Below, piece by piece: positions 1 through 5,671 of a stretch of 24,000 bases of DNA. Each line of letters opens with the position of its first letter. Positions within the stretch are counted from its first letter, which is position 1. The position numbers and the translations under genes are program-made. Origin of the DNA: an uncultured Christensenellaceae bacterium (GTDB lineage: Bacteria > Bacillota > Clostridia > Christensenellales > Borkfalkiaceae). The notes below the pieces were generated by a model that was given only the letters and a program-made list of their open reading frames with translations, did no database searches and was not told the origin of the DNA. The stretch is from contig CAJULO010000001.1 in assembly GCA_910586945.1 (NCBI GenBank), forward strand, positions 1 through 24,000, read 5' to 3'.

Positions 1-73
1 GGTAGTAGTATACTCTTTTTAGTGTAGCTTCGTCATCAATAATAACAACTCCAATTGAGAAAGTAATTGTCAA
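1..73 (-). CDS. Partial ORF running off the left edge, 5' end only. Function not supportable.
   Basis: The minus-strand frame is open from the stop at 260-262 down to position 1. The visible end reads (TTG at 73-71) MTITFSIGVVIIDDEATLKRVYYY.... Composition here is normal, unlike the purine-rich DNA to the right. There is no SD before the TTG, so the start is uncertain. The hydrophobic strand followed by DDE loosely recalls the start of a response-regulator receiver domain, which is speculative. Confidence 0.25.
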   Translation of the reverse strand, partial: MTITFSIGVVIIDDEATLKRVYYY

Positions 74-114
74 TTTTAGATTTAATAAAAAGAGGCAAGC
101 ACTTATTTTAATCA

Positions 115-700
115 ATGAATGGGTACAAACAGAAGATAGCCATTTGTGCATTATTATTACCATATCAGTGGAGCGACGAGTAAGAGATAACATTAACAGT
201 AGAGAGAGATAACAAGATAGGAGCAAGCACGACACATAAATTAGCAGAGAACATCTTAGCTAAATTAAACAAACTAGTGCCAGCAAGAGAGATAGTCAAC
301 TTTATTTATCCACTAGGGATACTCCTAGATTTTGGTAAGGACTTTGATTCCAATGTAAAATGGAATTTTTAAAGAGAGGAAGAGAATAGAAAATTATTTT
401 ACCTATGCAAGTGTAAGTAAACAAGTGGGAGATAAAGGAGGAGAAGAAGAGCATAGATTCACGGTGGAAGAGCTGCAGAACATAGACATACACAGGAGGA
501 GCATAACCACGGGATACCAGAGAATAGAAAGTATGGAGGAAATGATTCAGGGAATTGGGACTAGAGCAGTTGGGACAATGGAGACAGAGGGGGAAGAAAT
601 AATCAAACTTTGTATAGTGATAGTCGAAGACCAGCAATATATAGTACAGGCGAAAATAAACCACATAATAATAGCTACCGTATCTTATGTAGCAAAATAA
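115..700 (+). pseudogene. Probable decayed gene. ORF fragments are interrupted by an in-frame TAA and a frameshift at a T5 run. Alternative reading: a noncoding transcript.
   Basis: Frame 1 runs ATG115 to TAA181-183 (22 codons), then is open 184-369 (62 codons: EITLTVERDNKIGASTTHKLAENILAKLNKLVPAREIVNFIYPLGILLDFGKDFDSNVKWNF). Frame 2 is open 359-700. Deleting one T from the T5 run at 366-370 joins frame 1 to frame 2. No fragment has a properly spaced SD. The plus strand is strongly purine-rich: my hand count for 421-600 is 73 A, 62 G, 21 C and 24 T. Confidence 0.35.
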
Positions 701-739
701 AAGAGAGAGTAGCAAATACTACTCTCTCTTTTATTTTGC
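692..739. terminator. Bidirectional intrinsic terminator: perfect 21-bp stem with a 6-nt loop
   Basis: GCAAAATAAAAGAGAGAGTAG-caaata-CTACTCTCTCTTTTATTTTGC. A/T runs lie on both sides, so a U-tract is available on either strand. The right arm abuts the TAG stop (739-741) of the minus-strand lipoprotein gene. Confidence 0.8.
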
Positions 740-1389
740 TATTTTATTACGGGTAAATAAAAATATTTGTAAGTGGCTCCTAAATATTTATTGTCTTTCT
801 TTATAGTGCTTGCATAAAAATTACTAAATTCTGTAAGTCCTTGAGAAAAGATTGGAGAAATTTGCGTAAGCATTTGTATTTTTTGCTCTTCTGTAAGTGT
901 TGGTGTTGTAGTAAAAGTAGCAATATCTGTTAACTTAGTGGTTGTATTCATATCTACATATTTTGTTGCTGGTAAAATGATATGATAATTAGTAAATTCT
1001 GATTCAAATTCAAATTTATGGGTAACAGTTATTAAATACTGAGCTTTCGAGTAGTCTGAGATTCTAGGAAGTATTAATTGAAATCCACCAATCGCCCTAT
1101 TAATAGTAAATAGGGCTAAGGTACCTCCTCGCATATAGACTAAGGCAATATAATTTGGTGCGGTATTATTACCAATTATGTAATAAGGATAATTACCTTC
1201 TGTATCTGATTGGCTATTTGATTTAACATAATTGACTAAATTTTCATATACATTAGAATCTGGAATGCTATCAGTAGTAGAGTTTGTATTATTATTTTCA
1301 TTTTTACAAGCAACAAAGAATAAGGAGGAAAAAAGTAAACAAAGTAAAATACATGGAAGAAAAATAAACTTATGTAATTTTTTGTACAT
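739..1389 (-). CDS. Putative lipoprotein of unknown function (paralog 1)
   Basis: 216-aa ORF. AGGAG sits 8 nt upstream of the ATG at 1389. The N-terminus MYKKLHKFIFLPCILLCLLFSSLFFVAC has a basic n-region, a hydrophobic core and a lipobox-like FVA|C. It is homologous to the neighbouring ORF: shared DYSK core and C-terminal FxNFY...KY...YFYLPxI. Confidence 0.75.
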   Translation of the reverse strand: MYKKLHKFIFLPCILLCLLFSSLFFVACKNENNNTNSTTDSIPDSNVYENLVNYVKSNSQSDTEGNYPYYIIGNNTAPNYIALVYMRGGTLALFTINRAIGGFQLILPRISDYSKAQYLITVTHKFEFESEFTNYHIILPATKYVDMNTTTKLTDIATFTTTPTLTEEQKIQMLTQISPIFSQGLTEFSNFYASTIKKDNKYLGATYKYFYLPVIK

Positions 1390-1422
1390 CGTAAAATCTC
1401 CTATAATAGTTTTTTTTATTTA

Positions 1423-1459
1423 ATATAGTATAAATATACTATATTTACCATTTTGTCAA
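1423..1459 (-). promoter_or_regulatory. Promoter of lipoprotein paralog 1, with a palindromic candidate operator over the -10
   Basis: Minus strand: TTGACA (1459-1454), 17-nt spacer, TATTTA (1436-1431). The perfect inverted repeat ATATAGTATA-aa-TATACTATAT (1423-1444) is centred on the -10. The block is nearly identical to the one upstream of paralog 2. Confidence 0.6.
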
Positions 1460-1496
1460 GCTTGCAAATAATAATTATAAGAAGTTTTAAATTTTT

Positions 1497-2144
1497 CTAG
1501 AAATTTATATTTTCTACGACAATTATAGGCAAATAAAAATATCTTAAAACTGCATCTTTATATTTTTGATCACCAGATTTAACAACATTGAAGTAAAATT
1601 GGTTAAATTCTTGTATAATTGTGTTTAATTCTTTACTTAAAAAAGAACGAAATTGTTGTTTTTGTAAATCTGTTATATCTTGTGATTGTTCATTCATTTT
1701 TTTTAAACTAAAATCAGGCAATGAAGTTGTATGATATATACTAATAAAAGGAGTTGTAGGTAGTGAAAAAGTAGTTTGTAAGTTTAATGTTGGACTTTTC
1801 GCTTCGACTGTATAAAATGTGTTTTTAGAATAGTCATGCAAAGGAGGAATAGTTAAAACATATTCTTGGAAAATTGTACTATTACCAACTAAAATTAGGT
1901 TATTGGTAGAAGTATCATAACTAACAACGCGACCAGCACTAGAAAGTTCACTTTCTGGCGTAAATAAATATATATATTCTCCCTTCTCTGGTAGAGCGTT
2001 TACTTTTAAATAGTCAATAATATCATTAAAAACATTAAGTTTTGCTTCATTTTTATTTTTACAACTAATAAAAAGGAAAGATGAGAAGAATAATAAAACT
2101 AAAATAAATGGAATAAAAATAACTTTATATAATTTTTTATGCAT
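1497..2144 (-). CDS. Putative lipoprotein of unknown function (paralog 2)
   Basis: I trimmed the track ORF (1497..2186) to the internal ATG at 2144, which has AAGAGG 6 nt upstream. The N-terminus is MHKKLYKVIFIPFILVLLFFSSFLFISC, with lipobox-like FIS|C. It aligns with paralog 1 along its length. Confidence 0.75.
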   Translation of the reverse strand: MHKKLYKVIFIPFILVLLFFSSFLFISCKNKNEAKLNVFNDIIDYLKVNALPEKGEYIYLFTPESELSSAGRVVSYDTSTNNLILVGNSTIFQEYVLTIPPLHDYSKNTFYTVEAKSPTLNLQTTFSLPTTPFISIYHTTSLPDFSLKKMNEQSQDITDLQKQQFRSFLSKELNTIIQEFNQFYFNVVKSGDQKYKDAVLRYFYLPIIVVENINF

Positions 2145-2167
2145 TTGAGACCTCTTATATAATTTAT

Positions 2168-2204
2168 TATAGTATAAATATACCATAATTTACCATTTTG
2201 TCAA
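2168..2204 (-). promoter_or_regulatory. Promoter of lipoprotein paralog 2, carrying the same palindrome element
   Basis: TTGACA at 2204-2199 on the minus strand. The 21-nt block TTTACCATTTTGTCAAGCTTG is identical to 1444-1464, and the 16-nt block TATAGTATAAATATAC is identical to 1424-1439. The inverted repeat has one mismatch here. Confidence 0.6.
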
Positions 2205-2216
2205 GCTTGAAAATAA

Positions 2217-2254
2217 AATAAAAGAGAAGTAGCATTTGCTACTTCTCTTTTATT
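2217..2254. terminator. Hairpin with 18-bp arms, related in sequence to the hairpin at 692-739
   Basis: AATAAAAGAGAAGTAGCA-tt-TGCTACTTCTCTTTTATT. It shares the ATAAAAGAGA..GTAGCA arm with the hairpin at 692-739. It lies upstream of the paralog-2 promoter, and no gene ends at it. Confidence 0.55.
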
Positions 2255-2550
2255 AAATAGTAAAACTAAATTGACAGTATGCTTTTAAATAATTTATATA
2301 TTATGTGTAATAAGTACTAAAGATATAAATGGACTTTATCAACAAACATAGAAAAAGCTTTTGAAAGAAAAAATAGTTGACAATATATGTAAATATTGTA
2401 CTTTAATTAGAATATATATATACTTTATTTTTATCAAAAGAAATAAAAAATAAAAAATATTATTATTGTGATGCAAAGATTTAGCGAAATGTATAGCCAA
2501 GAAATATAAATCTGAGAATAAAAACGAAGAAAGTTCTCCTTTAAAGTTAC

Positions 2551-2582
2551 AAAAGAGTCTATTTAAGACTCTTTTTATTTTG
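2551..2582. terminator. Orphan intrinsic-terminator-like hairpin in a gene-less spacer
   Basis: AAAAGAGTCT-attta-AGACTCTTTT, followed by TATTTTG. A-run and T-run flanks give it bidirectional potential. Confidence 0.5.
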
Positions 2583-2708
2583 TTAAGTGTAATAAAATGC
2601 ATTAAAGATAAATAGAATACTCAAAACCATAAGGGAGATAAAAGAAAGTATAATGTGGTTCTACTGTTGGTAAAGTTACTTCACAAAGTTATACAAAATA
2701 CGAAAACT

Positions 2709-2748
2709 AAAACCACCGACCAAAATTTTTTGGTCGGTGGTTTTATAT
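2709..2748. terminator. Orphan GC-stem terminator hairpin upstream of hsdM
   Basis: CCACCGACC (2713-2721) pairs with GGTCGGTGG (2732-2740). A-run and T-run extensions flank the stem, and TTTTATATTT follows it. Confidence 0.65.
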
Positions 2749-2813
2749 TTATTTAATTTCAATACCAAATATATAAAAGGTATAGCTATACGAGCAATTT
2801 TTAGTATAAAATC

Positions 2814-2842
2814 GTGCAAAATTTAAAGTTTTATGTTATAAT
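2814..2842 (+). promoter_or_regulatory. Extended -10 promoter for hsdM-hsdS(-hsdR)
   Basis: TGtTATAAT at 2834-2842. A weak -35, GTGCAA, lies 17 nt upstream at 2814-2819. The element is about 35 nt upstream of the hsdM ATG. Confidence 0.5.
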
Positions 2843-2876
2843 ACATCAGAAAAGTAAGCAAATAAAAGAGGTAACA

Positions 2877-4442
2877 ATGGTTGACAATAAAAAAGAACAA
2901 GAAAGAGAGGAGTTGCATAAAACAATTTGGGGCATTGCGGACGAGCTACGCGGGAGTGTAGACGGATGGGATTTTAAGCAATATGTTTTGGGAATGATGT
3001 TTTATCGCTATATATCAGAAAATATTACAAATTACATCAATAAATTGCAGTGGGAGTATGACAATACTGAGTTCCATTATGCACAGCTTGCGGATGAAGA
3101 GGCGGAGCAGAGTAGGCAAGCCATGATTGATGAAAAAGGTTTTTTTATATTGCCCAGTCAACTTTTTTGCAATGTGTTGAAAAATGCTAATAAGAATGAA
3201 AATTTGAATGAAACACTTGAACAAGTTTTTACAGCAATAGAAGATTCTGCACGGGGGACAGATAAAGAAGATAATTTTAAAGGATTGTTTGCGGATATTG
3301 ATATCAATAGTAATAAATTAGGAGCAACAGTAAGTAAGCGTAATGAAAAATTAGCAAAACTTTTGCAAGGCATAGGGGATATGAAGCTAGGTAACTATCA
3401 AGAGAATAGTATTGATGCTTTTGGCGATGCCTATGAATATTTAATGGGTATGTATGCAAGTAATGCGGGTAAATCTGGCGGAGAATATTTTACACCGCAA
3501 GAAGTATCAGAATTATTGGCAAAATTAACTTTAGTAGGGAAAACAGAAGTCAATAAGGTGTATGACCCAGCATGTGGTTCAGGTTCATTGTTGTTAAAAT
3601 TTGCAAAAGTGTTGGGAAAAAATAAAATTCGCAATGGATTTTATGGGCAAGAGATAAATATAACAACGTACAATTTATGTAGAATCAATATGTTTTTGCA
3701 TGATATAGGATACGATAATTTTAGCATAGCATGTGAAGATACTTTAAGATATCCACAGCATTGGGATGACGAACCTTTTGAAGCAATTGTAAGTAATCCG
3801 CCATATTCTAGAAAATGGGCAGGAAAGAGTAATTCATTGTTGATAAATGACCAGCGTTTTGCACCAGCAGGAATATTAGCACCGCAAAATTACGCAGATA
3901 TGGCTTTTATAATGCATTCGTTACACTGGTTGGCGACAAATGGAGTTGCAGCAATTGTATGTTTCCCAGGAATATTTTATAGAAGTGGTGCAGAGCAAAA
4001 AATCCGTCAATATTTGGTGGATAATAATTTTATAGATGCAATTATACAACTGCCTATCAACTTATTTTTTGGTACAAGTATAGCAACATGTATAATGGTA
4101 CTGAAAAAATCTAAGATGGAAAATAATATTCTTTTTATTGATGCGTCTAATGAATATATAAAAGTGACAAATAAAAATAAACTATCAGCAAAAAATATTG
4201 AAAATATTTTGCATATTTTCATAGAGAGAAAAGATATACAACATATTGCAAAAGTGGTAAAGAATGAAGATATTGGGAAAGAACAGAATTATAATTTGTC
4301 AGTATCTACCTATATAGAAAAGGAAGATACAAGAGAAAAAATTGATATTGCAGTATTGCATAGAGAGATTGCAGAAATTGTTGCGAAAGAAGAAAAGTTG
4401 CGGCATGCAATTGATGAGATTATTGCAATGCTAGGGGAATAA
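2877..4442 (+). CDS. hsdM: Type I restriction-modification system, N6-adenine DNA methyltransferase subunit
   Basis: Start set at ATG 2877 (AAAGAGG upstream) rather than the track's GTG at 2814. The HsdM-type N-terminus is WGIADELRGSVDGWDFKQYVLGMMFYRYISE. The AdoMet motif is VYDPACGSGSLL and the catalytic motif is SNPPYS. Confidence 0.95.
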   Translation: MVDNKKEQEREELHKTIWGIADELRGSVDGWDFKQYVLGMMFYRYISENITNYINKLQWEYDNTEFHYAQLADEEAEQSRQAMIDEKGFFILPSQLFCNVLKNANKNENLNETLEQVFTAIEDSARGTDKEDNFKGLFADIDINSNKLGATVSKRNEKLAKLLQGIGDMKLGNYQENSIDAFGDAYEYLMGMYASNAGKSGGEYFTPQEVSELLAKLTLVGKTEVNKVYDPACGSGSLLLKFAKVLGKNKIRNGFYGQEINITTYNLCRINMFLHDIGYDNFSIACEDTLRYPQHWDDEPFEAIVSNPPYSRKWAGKSNSLLINDQRFAPAGILAPQNYADMAFIMHSLHWLATNGVAAIVCFPGIFYRSGAEQKIRQYLVDNNFIDAIIQLPINLFFGTSIATCIMVLKKSKMENNILFIDASNEYIKVTNKNKLSAKNIENILHIFIERKDIQHIAKVVKNEDIGKEQNYNLSVSTYIEKEDTREKIDIAVLHREIAEIVAKEEKLRHAIDEIIAMLGE

Positions 4443-4443
4443 A

Positions 4444-5658
4444 ATGAACAAAATTGAAGAGATGATAAAAAAGCTTTGTCCAAATGGTGTAGAATATAAG
4501 GAGCTTAGCAAAATTGGTGAGTTTTATAGTGGACTATCAGGTAAAAGAAAAGAAAATTTTGTAAATGGTAATCAAAAATTTATTAGTTATATAAATGTTT
4601 TTAAAAATAAAGCGGTAAATTTTGATAAATTGGATACAGTTCAAGTTGCAAGTAATGAAAAGCAAAATACTGTGCAGTATGGAGATATATTATTTACAGG
4701 TTCATCAGAAAATTTAGAAGAATGCGGTATAACATCAGTTGTAACAAAAGTAATACAGGAAAATATATATCTAAATAGTTTCTGTTTTGGGTACAGATTG
4801 CATGAAAATATTTTATTGCCTAATTTTTGTAAATTTTTATTTAGAAGTTATGAAATCCGTAAAAAAATTATAAAGTGTGCAAATGGTGTAACTCGTTATA
4901 ATATATCAAAAGAGAAATTAAAAAAAATTAAAATCCCCGTACCGCCTATAGCGGTGCAGCAAGAAATTGTAAAAGTGCTTGATACTTTCTCAGAACTAAC
5001 AGCAGAACTAACAGCAGAACTTGCAGCAGAACTTGCAGCAAGAAAAAAACAGTATGCATACTATAAACATAAACTTCTTTCTTTCGAAAACTTGATAGAT
5101 TTAAGTCCAAATGGTGTAGAATATAAGGAGCTTAGCGAACTTTGTGATATAATGGATAGTTATAGAAAGCCAATAACAAAAGAAAAGAGAATTTCTGGAA
5201 TATATCCATATTATGGAGCAAATGGTATTCAAGATTATATAGATAGTTATATTTTTGATGGTACTTATATTTTAATGGGTGAAGATGGAAGTGTAATCAA
5301 TAAAGATAATACTCCAGTGCTAAATTGGGCAACAGGTAAAATATGGGTAAATAATCATGCACATGTACTAAAAGAAAAATCTGATATGCTTTTGCGGTTT
5401 TTATATTATTATTTACAAACTATTGATATAAGTGCAATAGTGAGAGGAACACCGCCAAAAATAACACAACAAGATTTAAAAATTCTAAAAATCCCCGTAC
5501 CCCCTTTAGAAGTACAAGAATATATAGTCAATATTTTAGATAAATTTGACAGCCTAGTAAATGATATCATGGTAGGTCTACCAGCAGAAATTGCAGCACG
5601 ACAAAAACAATACGCCTATTATAGAGATAAACTTTTAACCTTTGCAAGTTTAAAATAA
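4444..5658 (+). CDS. hsdS: Type I R-M specificity subunit, with two target-recognition domains
   Basis: The ATG lies 1 nt after the hsdM stop (TAAAATG). The protein has a duplicated half-structure: LCPNGVEYKELSKIGEF / LSPNGVEYKELSELCDI, and KIKIPVPP twice. The central and C-terminal conserved helices are AARKKQYAYYKHKLLSF and AARQKQYAYYRDKLLTF. Confidence 0.93.
   Translation: MNKIEEMIKKLCPNGVEYKELSKIGEFYSGLSGKRKENFVNGNQKFISYINVFKNKAVNFDKLDTVQVASNEKQNTVQYGDILFTGSSENLEECGITSVVTKVIQENIYLNSFCFGYRLHENILLPNFCKFLFRSYEIRKKIIKCANGVTRYNISKEKLKKIKIPVPPIAVQQEIVKVLDTFSELTAELTAELAAELAARKKQYAYYKHKLLSFENLIDLSPNGVEYKELSELCDIMDSYRKPITKEKRISGIYPYYGANGIQDYIDSYIFDGTYILMGEDGSVINKDNTPVLNWATGKIWVNNHAHVLKEKSDMLLRFLYYYLQTIDISAIVRGTPPKITQQDLKILKIPVPPLEVQEYIVNILDKFDSLVNDIMVGLPAEIAARQKQYAYYRDKLLTFASLK
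4993..5040 (+). repeat. 4 x 12-bp tandem repeat in the hsdS central conserved region, encoding (E)LTAELTAELAAELAA
   Basis: GAACTAACAGCA twice, then GAACTTGCAGCA twice, in frame. Confidence 0.9.
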
Positions 5659-5671
5659 AGGAGAGAAAAAA

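Noticed and set aside
302-715. 137-aa minus-strand ORF opposite the purine-rich segment
   Set aside because: Its Y/L/F/S-rich low-complexity translation is simply the complement of a purine-rich strand. Its start lies inside the loop of the terminator hairpin, and it has no SD.
2339-2602. 87-aa minus-strand ORF in the AT-rich spacer
   Set aside because: The translation is low-complexity and rich in I/L/F/K/Y/N, with no SD. It spans a terminator-like hairpin and has no similarity to the neighbouring lipoproteins. I treat it as a chance ORF in AT-rich DNA.
2653-2673. Mini-ORF ATG-TGG-TTC-TAC-TGT-TGG-TAA (MWFYCW) followed by a strong terminator, considered as a possible leader or signalling peptide
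   Set aside because: The nearest SD-like GGGAG is 15 nt away, which is too far. The ATG is part of a TATAAT-like string. Six-codon ORFs are expected by chance. It has no supporting genes such as a modification enzyme, transporter or Trp operon.
3015-4222. Short antisense ORFs inside hsdM (3015..3224, 3158..3373, 3431..3634, 4007..4222)
   Set aside because: They lie entirely within, and antisense to, a confidently identified gene. Their translations are low-complexity and they have no SD.
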